NCBI GenBank assembly: GCA_964622975.1
Contig: CAZUTA010000006.1
Coordinates: 3,071 to 67,070, forward strand
Origin: an uncultured Bacteriovoracaceae bacterium
GTDB lineage: Bacteria; Bdellovibrionota; UBA2394
Reading direction: 5' to 3'
DNA length: 64,000 nt
Under the pieces are notes generated by a model that saw only the letters and a list, made by a program, of their open reading frames with translations, searched no databases and was not told where the DNA came from. Positions 47,277 to 56,719 of this stretch are shown piece after piece. The translations under genes were made by a program, and so were the position numbers. Each line of letters opens with the position of its first letter. The stretch's first letter is position 1.

Positions 47277-48428
47277 ATGGAATTTAAATTTACAGATGAG
47301 CAGCTTGCCGTTCGAGAAATGGCCCGAGACTTTGCCCAAAGAAAAGTGGCACCTCTCGCTGATGAGCTCGACAAAAAAGCTCGCTATCCACAAGAACTCG
47401 TCGAAGAAATGGCCGCCCTTCATTTGATGGGGATGTGCGTTCCCGAAGAATATGGGGGCGCGGGTATGGATATGGTTTCTTATGTTTTGGCGTTGGATGA
47501 AATTTCGACAGCCTGCGCATCGACAGGAGTCATCATGTCGGTCAATAACTCTCTCGCTTGTGAGCCAATCAAATCCTTTGGCTCAGAGATGCAAAAGAAG
47601 AAATTTTTGACGCCGCTCGCCCGAGGCGAAAAGCTCGGATGCTATTGTTTGACGGAGCCCGAAGCGGGCACGGATGCCGCCAACCAAAAAACCATCGCCA
47701 AAAAATCCGGCGCCAAATTTATTCTCAATGGAACCAAGCAGTTTATTACGAATGGTTACGAAGCCGATCTCGCGATTGTTTACGCCAGTACCGATCCGAG
47801 CAAGGGATCCAAAGGAATCTCTGCGTTTATTGTGGAGACGGAATCTCCCGGATTTAAGATTTCAAAAAAAGAAAGAAAGCTCGGCATTCGTGGGAGTTCG
47901 TGTGTGCAGATCGTTCTCGAGAATGTCGAAGTGCCTGCAGAGAATCTTTTGTTCAATGAGGGTGAGGGTTTTAAAGTCGCCATGAGTACGCTCGAAGTAG
48001 GGCGCATCGGCATTGCGGCCCAGGCGAATGGAATTTCTGCCGCGAGCCTTCATTGCTCTCTCAAGTACGCAAAGGAGCGGGAGCAGTTTGGAAAGCCTAT
48101 CGCGGAACTTCAGGCGATTCAGTTTATGCTCTCGGATATGTCGACGAGACTCGAAGCAGGACGTCTGTTGACCTATCGAGCTGCGTTTTTGAAGTCTCAA
48201 GGCAAAAAAACCTCACTCGAATCCTCTCAAGCCAAACTTTTTGCGTCTGAGGCCTGCATGAAAAACGCGTGGGCGGCAGTGCAGATTCATGGCGGGTATG
48301 GCTACATCGAGGATTATATGGCCGAGCGATTGTTTCGGGATGCTAAGATTTGCGAAATCTATGAGGGCACAAGCGAGGTCCAGCGCCTCTTGATTGCGCG
48401 ATCGGTTTTGCAAGCCGGCGTGCTTTAG
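47277..48428 (+). CDS. Short-chain acyl-CoA dehydrogenase (butyryl-CoA dehydrogenase-like)
   Basis: Start moved to Met33 (MEFKFTDEQ). CLTEPEAGTDA, GGYGYIEDY, IYEGTSEVQRL. Confidence 0.85.
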   Translation: MEFKFTDEQLAVREMARDFAQRKVAPLADELDKKARYPQELVEEMAALHLMGMCVPEEYGGAGMDMVSYVLALDEISTACASTGVIMSVNNSLACEPIKSFGSEMQKKKFLTPLARGEKLGCYCLTEPEAGTDAANQKTIAKKSGAKFILNGTKQFITNGYEADLAIVYASTDPSKGSKGISAFIVETESPGFKISKKERKLGIRGSSCVQIVLENVEVPAENLLFNEGEGFKVAMSTLEVGRIGIAAQANGISAASLHCSLKYAKEREQFGKPIAELQAIQFMLSDMSTRLEAGRLLTYRAAFLKSQGKKTSLESSQAKLFASEACMKNAWAAVQIHGGYGYIEDYMAERLFRDAKICEIYEGTSEVQRLLIARSVLQAGVL

Positions 48429-48465
48429 TTGGACAAGGTGCCATCATTTTTGGATAGTGAATCTC

Positions 48466-49605
48466 GTGAATTTTGAGCTTTCTTCAGAAGATCAGGAAAT
48501 TCGGCAGTGGGCCCGGCGCTTTGCACAAGAAGTCCTTGCCCCTGAGGCCGAAAAAAATTCTCGTCAAAAGATTTCTCGATCCCTTCTCGAGCGACTCGCT
48601 TCTGAAAAATTCACTGTGCTATCGATTTCAGAGACTCAAGGAGGGCTCGGACTCTCGACCTTGCAGTTTTCGCTGGTGATTCGAGAGCTCTCCAAAGTTT
48701 GCGGCTCTACAGGAGTGACAGTGGCTGTTACCAATATGATTGCGGATGTGATCAATCGCGAAGGCAATGACTTTCAAAAAAAGACGTTTTTGGGACTTCT
48801 CACTTCTGGCCAGGCGGTGACGGCGAGCTTTTGTCTCTCCGAAAATCATTGTGGTTCCGATGCGGGGGCGCTCAAGACCTTAGCGACTAAAAAGGGCGAC
48901 AAGTACCTGATCAACGGCGAAAAAATATATGTCACCAATGGTGCGTATTCAGATTTTTTTCTGGTGATGGCGCGAACATCACTCGAGACCGGATCGAAGT
49001 CAATTTCGGCGTTTTTGATTCCACGCTCAACAGCCGGAGTGGTCATCGGTCGCGAGGAAGATAAGATGGGTCTCACAGGCTCTTCTACGATTCGAATGAG
49101 TTTTGAAAATGTCCTTGTGCCGGAGACTCATCGTCTGGGGCCGGAGGGGGATGGCTTTAAGATCGCCATGCGAGCACTCGATGGAGGTCGAATTTCGGTT
49201 TCGTCTCAAGCGCTGGGGATTGCGGAGGCGTCGCTCCACTATGGGATCCAATACGCCAAAGAGCGTGAGGCTTTTGGAAGGCCGATTGCGGATTTTCAGG
49301 CCATTCAGTGGAAGATTGCGGACGCTGCCACTCAGTTATCAGCGGCCGAAATGTTGATTTTGCGTGCGGCGTGGATGAAGGATCAGAAGGTGGCTTTTAC
49401 GAGAGAAGCATCGCAGGCCAAAGTTTTTTCGACCGAGGCGGCGATTCGGGTCTGCGAAGAGATGATTCAGATCTTGGGGGGGTATGGCTATATCCGGGAT
49501 TATCCTGTGGAGAGATATTTTAGAGATGTACGGGTGACGGCCCTTTACGAGGGGACAAGTGAGATTCAAAGACTTGTAATTGCCCGCAGTCTTCTGGCAG
49601 CCTAG
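48466..49605 (+). CDS. Acyl-CoA dehydrogenase paralogue
   Basis: GTG start giving VNFELSSEDQ, parallel to the MNFELSEEQ start of the downstream paralogue (alternative GTG 48457). YEGTSEIQRL. Confidence 0.8.
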   Translation: MNFELSSEDQEIRQWARRFAQEVLAPEAEKNSRQKISRSLLERLASEKFTVLSISETQGGLGLSTLQFSLVIRELSKVCGSTGVTVAVTNMIADVINREGNDFQKKTFLGLLTSGQAVTASFCLSENHCGSDAGALKTLATKKGDKYLINGEKIYVTNGAYSDFFLVMARTSLETGSKSISAFLIPRSTAGVVIGREEDKMGLTGSSTIRMSFENVLVPETHRLGPEGDGFKIAMRALDGGRISVSSQALGIAEASLHYGIQYAKEREAFGRPIADFQAIQWKIADAATQLSAAEMLILRAAWMKDQKVAFTREASQAKVFSTEAAIRVCEEMIQILGGYGYIRDYPVERYFRDVRVTALYEGTSEIQRLVIARSLLAA

Positions 49606-49611
49606 GGACGG

Positions 49612-50040
49612 ATGTCAAAGCTTGTGAATCCTCCAATTCGCGTATTGATGGGAAAAATCGGACTCGATGGCCACGATCGTGGAGCCAAAGTGGTGATGTC
49701 TGCGATGCGTGATGCCGGAATGGAAGTCATCTATTCGGGACTTCATCAAACACCCGAGGCGGTTGTCCGAGCGGCGATCGAAGAAGACGTCGATTTGATT
49801 GGGATTAGTATTTTATCAGGATCTCATTTGACCCTCGTGCCGCGACTTTTATCGGAACTCAAAAAGCAAAAGCGGGGCTATATTCCCATTCATGTGGGAG
49901 GGATTATTCCTGAGGGCGACGTCAAAAAGCTCAAAAAATCGGGAGTGAGTCGTGTTTTTACTCCCGGAACCAAACTGGATGAGATCGTCGGATCTGCGAC
50001 CGAAGATGTTTTAAAAATGCGAAAGAGGAAGCCTCGATGA
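49612..50040 (+). CDS. B12-binding domain protein (methylmalonyl-/isobutyryl-CoA mutase small-subunit type)
   Basis: DGHDRG (DxHxxG cobalamin-binding motif), ISILSGSHL, HVGGIIP. Confidence 0.7.
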   Translation: MSKLVNPPIRVLMGKIGLDGHDRGAKVVMSAMRDAGMEVIYSGLHQTPEAVVRAAIEEDVDLIGISILSGSHLTLVPRLLSELKKQKRGYIPIHVGGIIPEGDVKKLKKSGVSRVFTPGTKLDEIVGSATEDVLKMRKRKPR

Positions 50041-51182
50041 ATTTTGAACTCAGCGAAGAACAAAAGACCACTCAGGCCTTTGCTCGAGATTTTGCTCAAA
50101 AGGAACTTCGACCCCGCTCCCATCAGTTTGATCAAAAGGGAGAGTTCATTTGGGATGTCATCCCTCAGCTGGGAGCGGCAGGATTTTTGGGAATCAGTAT
50201 TCCCGAAAAATACGGAGGCCAGGGAATGGATTTGTTCTCGGCGGTTCTCATAATGGAAGAAGTCGCCAAGGAATGTGGATCCACAGCCCTCACATTGGCA
50301 TCGCATAATGGGCTCGGTACCAAACATATTTTATTTTTTGGATCGGAAGCGCAGAGACAAAAATATCTCCCAGACTTGGCCACAGGCAAAAAATTGAGTG
50401 CGTGGGCGCTGACAGAGCCTGGCAGTGGCAGTGATGCGGCTGGTATGAAGTCCACTGCTCGCCTTGAGGGGCGAGAGTGGGTGCTGAATGGCAGTAAGGC
50501 CTTTATTACTCAAGGCTCCGTGGGGGATACCTATGTGGTTTTGGCTCTGACGAGCCCAGAAAAGCGACAAAAAGGAATTAGTGCCTTTATTGTTGAAAAG
50601 GGAACCCCTGGATTTAATCCCCTTAAGCCAGAAGACAAATTGGGTTGTCGGGCCTCCGACACTTCACAGATCAGTATGGAAAATGTTCGCCTCCCTGAGG
50701 AAAACTTGATTGGGCAAAAGGATATGGGATTTTTGGACACCATGAAAATCTTGGATCAAGGGCGAGTCATTATCGGTGCCATGGCTCTGGGATTAGGGAC
50801 CGCCGCTTTGAGAGAGAGTCTCAAATACGCCAAAGAGCGAGAAGCGTTTGGAAAACCCATTGCGGATTTTCAGGCGATTCAGTGGAAGCTCGCCAATATG
50901 TCGACAGAGCTCGAGGCCGCGCGACTCTTGGTTTACAAGGCGGCTGCACTTCATGCCAAAGGGGAGAAGGCCACAGTTGAGTCCAGTCATGCCAAGCTTT
51001 TTGCGTCCGAAGCGGCCGCCCGAGCTTGTAATGAGGCCATTCAGATTCACGGAGGTTACGGATACATTCGAGAATATCCTGTGGAGCGGTATTGGCGTGA
51101 CAACAAGATCTGTGAGATTGGCGAAGGCACGAGTGAAGTTCAGCGCATGGTGATTGCGCGCCATATTCTCAATTCTCTATAA
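50037..51182 (+). CDS. Acyl-CoA dehydrogenase paralogue
   Basis: MNFELSEEQ, ALTEPGSGSDAAG, GGYGYIREY, GEGTSEVQRM. ATGA overlap with upstream gene. Confidence 0.85.
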   Translation: MNFELSEEQKTTQAFARDFAQKELRPRSHQFDQKGEFIWDVIPQLGAAGFLGISIPEKYGGQGMDLFSAVLIMEEVAKECGSTALTLASHNGLGTKHILFFGSEAQRQKYLPDLATGKKLSAWALTEPGSGSDAAGMKSTARLEGREWVLNGSKAFITQGSVGDTYVVLALTSPEKRQKGISAFIVEKGTPGFNPLKPEDKLGCRASDTSQISMENVRLPEENLIGQKDMGFLDTMKILDQGRVIIGAMALGLGTAALRESLKYAKEREAFGKPIADFQAIQWKLANMSTELEAARLLVYKAAALHAKGEKATVESSHAKLFASEAAARACNEAIQIHGGYGYIREYPVERYWRDNKICEIGEGTSEVQRMVIARHILNSL

Positions 51183-53117
51183 GGCTGATTTTAAGGCCCA
51201 GGCGAGTCTGCGTCTAAACTCATCGTCCTTGAAACCCGCCAGAACCATTTCTCGATCGAGAGCTTGAATTTGCTCAGTTCTTTTTTGAGTCGAAGCACTC
51301 TCTGCGAGTGCTTGATAAAATCGTGATCGGATGGATTGGAGACGCTCTTCGGAGGTGAGCTGTCTCACTTTCGAAATCAGTGTCGTCAATTCATGACGCT
51401 TGAGAATCGAATGCGAGGCCAGCCAAAGTTCTGCCATTCGAGGATCTCTAAAAATTTCTGGAGTGGATAATATGGATTCGCGAGGATCTTTGGATTGAAG
51501 TAATATCTCACTGAGTTGAGCCGCGCCTCTGGATTTTAGAAAAAGAATTCTTAACTCTGCGTCCCTGCTTTTTGATTTTTCATATTCTTTGATTGCCTGG
51601 TCGGGGTCTTGACGAAGAACGGCGAGATCGCCACGAGCGAGATTTTGTGAGGCCGCAGAGTCTTTAAGGAGTTCCAAGGCAAAACTTCGATCTGCCGACA
51701 GCATAAACACTCCTTTGTAAGCGAGGCGCGAGCGATCACAGAGAGGGAGCAGGGATTTCCATCCTGAAAACGATCGGGTTTGTTCAAAAAAGCTAAAAGC
51801 TCTTTCGCAGTCGCGGGCGAGGGGATCTTTGAGAAGAGCTACACCTTCCAAATTTTTTTGAGCCAGGAGACGAGTTGAGGGAGATACAGTAATTGAGGAA
51901 AACCTCTGAGAATCAATCTTAGCATCCCAAGGAAACTGATTTTGCAAGAGCGCTTGATCCGCATAACCCCCAGCCAAACGATAGGCGACGGGGCCCGAGA
52001 ACTGAGAATAAAATTGGACTCCTCTCGGCCAAGAAAACGGCTGAGTCTTAGATATTTCTTGAATCAAGGCGGCAGCCATCTCAATCGATGAACCTGCTGG
52101 CCTTCCCAGTGAAACAGCGAGTCCTTCAAAAATAAAAGGATCGAAATAGGCCGTGAGAGGGGCGTCAAATTGAGGTTGCAGTAAATGCACGAGCTCATGT
52201 CTCAAAATGTCGTCTCCGAGTTCAATTTGAGAGAGGTGCATTTCATCTCTCAAGAAATTTCCGACTTGAACATTTTGTGCCCCGAGGAGTCGATATTTGG
52301 ACTGAGGACTATCGTAGATAAAAATAGTGAGTGGGTGATTTCTTTTTTTGATATTCTTTGATGGCGCTTGGCTGAGAATTTCACTTTCTAAAAACTTAAA
52401 TTCTTCAAGCCAGGCTTGATTGGACCAGGGGGAAGATTCTTTGAGTTCTCTAAAAATTTTGAACTGCGAATCGGCGAATTCCTCAACAAAAAATGTCTCG
52501 TAGCGTGCTCTCAGAGTCATGGGCATGGGTTGGATCCACGCCAACAAGAGATGAATTCCAAAAAAAGCGAGCCAAATGCGGGGGCTAAATCTCGTCCAAA
52601 GCCCCCAGATTAAAACGAGGGCAAAAAAATGGAGCCAGACCACAAGTCGATTTATATGAACGTTCAAATGAATCTGAGGATCGAGACTAAAAGTTCCTGG
52701 AATCACGCCCCAAAACGGATCCAAAGCTGTCAGAGCGGGAGTCAAAAGAAAGCCAAGAGTCGTTAAAAGCAGGCTTCCAAAAAGTGTCGCATAGATTTTC
52801 CAAAGTTTGACAGAGGGGCCGAGCATCCGAAAGAGCAGGGCGAGAGAGCCAAGGGAAATTCCCCAGTGGAGAACATAAAGTTTTAAGTAAAACCAAAGGT
52901 CTCGATAGGGTGCAAAACACCAGGCCGCAAACAAGAGGAAGAGGGGAAGTAAAAACGAAATGATGAAGAGAGGAAATCTTGGCGGCAAGAGACGGCGAAG
53001 AAAGGGAAGCAGGGCAATTCCCACAAGATTCAGAGTGAAAATAAACTCCCAGCTGAGAATCTGAATCATTGTCTCTATTAGATCATTCCAGGGCATCGAA
53101 GTCGCCATGGAATCCAC
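51177..53117 (-). CDS. Polytopic membrane protein with HExxH zinc-metallopeptidase-like motif and C-terminal helical/TPR-like domain
   Basis: About 7 N-terminal hydrophobic helices, ILRHELVHLLQ (HExxH), long helical C-terminus. No further assignment. Confidence 0.5.
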   Translation of the reverse strand: MDSMATSMPWNDLIETMIQILSWEFIFTLNLVGIALLPFLRRLLPPRFPLFIISFLLPLFLLFAAWCFAPYRDLWFYLKLYVLHWGISLGSLALLFRMLGPSVKLWKIYATLFGSLLLTTLGFLLTPALTALDPFWGVIPGTFSLDPQIHLNVHINRLVVWLHFFALVLIWGLWTRFSPRIWLAFFGIHLLLAWIQPMPMTLRARYETFFVEEFADSQFKIFRELKESSPWSNQAWLEEFKFLESEILSQAPSKNIKKRNHPLTIFIYDSPQSKYRLLGAQNVQVGNFLRDEMHLSQIELGDDILRHELVHLLQPQFDAPLTAYFDPFIFEGLAVSLGRPAGSSIEMAAALIQEISKTQPFSWPRGVQFYSQFSGPVAYRLAGGYADQALLQNQFPWDAKIDSQRFSSITVSPSTRLLAQKNLEGVALLKDPLARDCERAFSFFEQTRSFSGWKSLLPLCDRSRLAYKGVFMLSADRSFALELLKDSAASQNLARGDLAVLRQDPDQAIKEYEKSKSRDAELRILFLKSRGAAQLSEILLQSKDPRESILSTPEIFRDPRMAELWLASHSILKRHELTTLISKVRQLTSEERLQSIRSRFYQALAESASTQKRTEQIQALDREMVLAGFKDDEFRRRLAWALKSAL

Positions 53118-53250
53118 TGGGACAGGACAATCTCACCTCTGCGACCCCCTTACCCCAGGGAGGAGGAGAAAAATCTGAGTCATTTTAAATATTTGTATGG
53201 GCATTCTCTTTGCTTCCTTTTTCCCTTGTAGGTCTTGAAAGGATGTCCGT

Positions 53251-54654
53251 GTGGTATTCAGTTGGATTTCAATTTTTGCTATTTCTCTGAACCCTTCAGT
53301 CCCTTCAGCACAGTGCTCTGTGAATGAGGAGAGTTCATCGCCTTTAGCTTGCTCCCAAGCTGTGAATGAGATCCCCGACATCAAAAAAGTTGAGAGCCTC
53401 TTTAAGCAAGTTGAGTCGCAGAGACATCAGGTCAAAGAATTTAAGGAGCTCGTCTGCCGTGGGCCCCAAGCTGAGATTTTTGGAAGCGATGGAGAAACCA
53501 AATTCATCGAAATCAAAGACTCTCTTCCAGGCGCGGTCGTCAGCCATTTGGGAAGTCGCTCAGCATCGGAGGCAAAAAGCTTTTTTCACATTTTGAATGA
53601 GGATGGAAGTATTTTGAGATACGACCCAGAATCTAAAGAGCTCTTGTCGGCGAAATTGCCCAAAGAGATTTCTCAAGATTTGAGTTTGGCTCAATTTGAT
53701 AGCGCCGGGCGCTATTTGGAAAGCGAGGCCGCACAAGTGGATCTCGATGAACTCTTTTCAAAGACCAAAAAGATTGTCGACTCCACCCCTTCTGCTTTGG
53801 GAGATGACACTTCCTCGCAAGACTTTCGTGCTGTGCGCACAAAAAATGATCACAACTTGATTCTGTTTGATCCCAAGAACACGGAAGTTTGGAATTTTCC
53901 AGTCGAAAGGAGTGTTGTGGCTCAAGTGACGGGAGGACAGCCTTCAAATCGCGAGCAAATTGGATTCAATCGTGCGGAGGCGATGGCGGTGACCTATAGT
54001 GACGAGGGAGAAGCGAGAATTTGGACGAGTCCGATTCGGCAAAAACTCTCAGGGGTCGTGGCGGGTACCAGTGTTTTGGGGAGTTATAGAGATTCTGGAG
54101 TGAATTCCGGCGGCTCCACAGAAGAATTCTCAGAGTCTCAAACTAATTTTGAGTCCTCAGAAGCAAAAGCTGTTTCGATCAAAGATCAAGGTGCAGAGTC
54201 CGCTCAACTCAGTCCGCAAGCTCAAGTCCTCATGGGAGATTCGGCGAACCTTCTGGAGCGAGCCATGAATCAAGCCGCCGCGCTCGTAGGTGCGACACCT
54301 TCGGCGGGGGAAAGAGAAGTGCTTGATCAAGAATTACAAGCTCAAACAGATGAGGCTCTCGATCGCCAATTGCTTCGAGTTCAGGATTTAATACTTTCGG
54401 ACAAAAGTGATTCCTCAACAGACACAAGCTTTCAAGCCACTCATCATGATGATTCGAGTGGAGGATTTGAAATTGTGGATGGCATCTTGCGGCCCATTTC
54501 CCCTGCGATGGTTGGAGATTCGCTGTCCAATCACGAGTCTGAGGCTTCACGGGCTTCGCCGAGCTCAGGTGCTGGCTCTTTGCCTGGACGGTTGCTGGAA
54601 GATTTTTCTAAATTTCTTTGGACGCTTCCGGACCGAAAGCGACGTCGACGCTAA
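53251..54654 (+). CDS. Secreted acidic low-complexity protein with polybasic C-terminus
   Basis: Signal-like N-terminus, Ser/Asp/Glu-rich low-complexity regions, C-terminal DRKRRRR. GTG start with AAAGGA upstream. Confidence 0.45.
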   Translation: MVFSWISIFAISLNPSVPSAQCSVNEESSSPLACSQAVNEIPDIKKVESLFKQVESQRHQVKEFKELVCRGPQAEIFGSDGETKFIEIKDSLPGAVVSHLGSRSASEAKSFFHILNEDGSILRYDPESKELLSAKLPKEISQDLSLAQFDSAGRYLESEAAQVDLDELFSKTKKIVDSTPSALGDDTSSQDFRAVRTKNDHNLILFDPKNTEVWNFPVERSVVAQVTGGQPSNREQIGFNRAEAMAVTYSDEGEARIWTSPIRQKLSGVVAGTSVLGSYRDSGVNSGGSTEEFSESQTNFESSEAKAVSIKDQGAESAQLSPQAQVLMGDSANLLERAMNQAAALVGATPSAGEREVLDQELQAQTDEALDRQLLRVQDLILSDKSDSSTDTSFQATHHDDSSGGFEIVDGILRPISPAMVGDSLSNHESEASRASPSSGAGSLPGRLLEDFSKFLWTLPDRKRRRR

Positions 54655-54655
54655 T

Positions 54656-55603
54656 CTAAATACAAACCCGATTTCGTCCTGATTGTTTGGCTTGATAGAG
54701 TTTTTCGTCGGCCAATTGAATCAATGCTTGCGCTTGTGACATTGATTTTCGGTTCACCTCAGAAAGGGTGGCCGCTCCGATTGAGATTGTGAGCTTAAAG
54801 TCTTTGTCATTCATTTTGAGTGCTAGTTTTTCGATTCCTTCTCTCAAATGCTCTGCCAGTGTCTTTGCTTGAGCGATATCGCAATCTCTGAGAAGAATCA
54901 CAAATTCTTCTCCTCCAAATCGTGCCACGATATCATCTTTACGAGTGGTCTTCAGCAAATGAGCGGCGACTTCTTTGAGGGCATAATCGCCGACAATATG
55001 TCCGTAAGTATCATTTATTTTTTTGAAATGATCGATATCGAGGACGAGAACGGAGAGATTTCCTCCGTGGCGAAGCGTATAGTAAAACTCACTTTGCAGA
55101 CGTTCTAAAAAATACTTTTTGTTATACGTATTGGTCAAAAAATCTTTTGTCGCTGCCGTAAAGAGTTGCTGAAGGAATTTGGCTTCGGCTTCTCCCTGCA
55201 TCGAGAATTTAAAAATCCAAAGAGCTCCAACTTGAATCTGGTCTCCTTCGTTCAAAAAAGCTTTGTCCACGCGACGTCCATTGACGAGAGTGCCGTTTGT
55301 GCTGGCAAGATCCACGAGCTGAATGCCATCCGGTGTCTGCAGAATCTTGCAGTGGTGGCGAGAGGCCAAATCATCTTCGATAACGAGGTCACAGTTATCG
55401 ACGCGACCGATCATAAACTCCTCTTTGTCGATGGAGTAGGCACGACCGAGATAGGGGCCGGAAATCATCACCAAAATCGCCTTTTTTTCGGTCACTTCTT
55501 GGGTCACTGATTCGAGAGGCGAGATCATGGTTTGATCTTCTGTCGTATCGAGTGTCGGAGGCTGACGGGGGGGATTTTTGATCATATTCGCGCCTGGTCC
55601 CAT
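54656..55603 (-). CDS. FHA-domain diguanylate cyclase (DgcB-like)
   Basis: FHA (MIGRVDNCDLVI...SRHHCKI...GTLVNGRRV) followed by GGDEF domain with RFGGEEF active site. Thr-rich N-terminal tail (PTLDTTEDQT). Confidence 0.85.
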   Translation of the reverse strand: MGPGANMIKNPPRQPPTLDTTEDQTMISPLESVTQEVTEKKAILVMISGPYLGRAYSIDKEEFMIGRVDNCDLVIEDDLASRHHCKILQTPDGIQLVDLASTNGTLVNGRRVDKAFLNEGDQIQVGALWIFKFSMQGEAEAKFLQQLFTAATKDFLTNTYNKKYFLERLQSEFYYTLRHGGNLSVLVLDIDHFKKINDTYGHIVGDYALKEVAAHLLKTTRKDDIVARFGGEEFVILLRDCDIAQAKTLAEHLREGIEKLALKMNDKDFKLTISIGAATLSEVNRKSMSQAQALIQLADEKLYQAKQSGRNRVCI

Positions 55604-55645
55604 TATATTACGGTCTCAGGACTTTGGGCTTGAGGGGCTTGTCCG

Positions 55646-56026
55646 ATGCTCAAGGACTCGCTAAAAGCGGGCCTTCACATGGCTTATCTTGCAAAGCGTC
55701 AATTTGTTCGAAACGGAATGACCGAAGGGGTGAGGATTCAAACCACTTCCGGTCCTGTCTATGCCACGACTGAAGATCTCAGCGCAGGGGGTTTGCGTGT
55801 TTTGGCCGACCTTGACCTTCCTCAGGGATGTCTCTGTGAGATTGAGTTTGATTTGAGAACCTCTCTGGGAGGGAGGCCTGTGGCAGTGAAAACTGTCGCC
55901 AAAGTGGTGCGTAGCGTCCAGAGCGCTAAGGGATACCATTTGGGGCTTCAGTTTATTGATCTGAAAGAAAGTATTCGTGCAGTCATTCAAGCATTATCTG
56001 TCGACGAGAACGCTGGACCTTTTTAA
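55646..56026 (+). CDS. PilZ-domain protein (126 aa)
   Basis: KRQFVRN (RxxxR-like) and DLSAGGLRV (DxSxxG). GAGGGG RBS upstream. Confidence 0.55.
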   Translation: MLKDSLKAGLHMAYLAKRQFVRNGMTEGVRIQTTSGPVYATTEDLSAGGLRVLADLDLPQGCLCEIEFDLRTSLGGRPVAVKTVAKVVRSVQSAKGYHLGLQFIDLKESIRAVIQALSVDENAGPF

Positions 56027-56714
56027 ACTATCCTCAGTGGTCTTTGTCATTTTATCTCTGACATTAATCGCAGGTGAAACTCCCTGGTCTGATCCAGAGC
56101 GCGGAAGTCGCGACACACCGTGGGGTCCTCAGATTTCTGAGGAACGTCGGGATTCTCGCGAGAGCTTTTTTAAATCCTTGAGTCTGGGAGGTCCTTCGGA
56201 AACGAGAGACTACCATCAGCAAGCTTCTCAGGAGCTCTCGAGTTTGCCCTGGGACAGTTATGAATCTGATTCGGAAGGTCCTATCGCAGGCATTCAGGGA
56301 GCTGGTCTTTTGTGGCCTGTGGCGGGAGGAAAAATTTCTTCAGGATACGGACCGCGTGGAGGCAGTGTTCATGAAGGAGTCGATATCAAAGGCGCACAGG
56401 GAGCGAGTATACGAGCGGCGGCCCATGGGCGCGTTGTTTTTAGTGGAAACATGAATGGCTATGGGCGAACTTTGGTTCTCTATCACGGGGACGGAGTGGC
56501 AACAATTTATGCGCACAACGAAGTCAATTTGAGAGATCGAGGCGAAGTCGTGCGACAAGGTCAGATGATTGCGCGACTGGGCCAAAGTGGGCGGGCCACA
56601 GCACCCCATCTCCATTTTGAAGTTCGCAAACACGGCCGTCCACTCAACCCCATGAGTTTTTCTTTTTCGCGAGTTCCCGCCGTTGCCTCTCGAGATAAAA
56701 ATCCAAATCGCTGA
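55977..56714 (+). CDS. M23 family metallopeptidase (peptidoglycan endopeptidase-like), secreted
   Basis: HEGVDI, YGRTLVLYHGDG, PHLHFEV M23 motifs, N-terminal signal-like segment. GTG start overlaps PilZ gene by 50 nt, so start is uncertain. Confidence 0.75.
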   Translation: MQSFKHYLSTRTLDLFKLSSVVFVILSLTLIAGETPWSDPERGSRDTPWGPQISEERRDSRESFFKSLSLGGPSETRDYHQQASQELSSLPWDSYESDSEGPIAGIQGAGLLWPVAGGKISSGYGPRGGSVHEGVDIKGAQGASIRAAAHGRVVFSGNMNGYGRTLVLYHGDGVATIYAHNEVNLRDRGEVVRQGQMIARLGQSGRATAPHLHFEVRKHGRPLNPMSFSFSRVPAVASRDKNPNR

Positions 56715-56719
56715 CTCGA

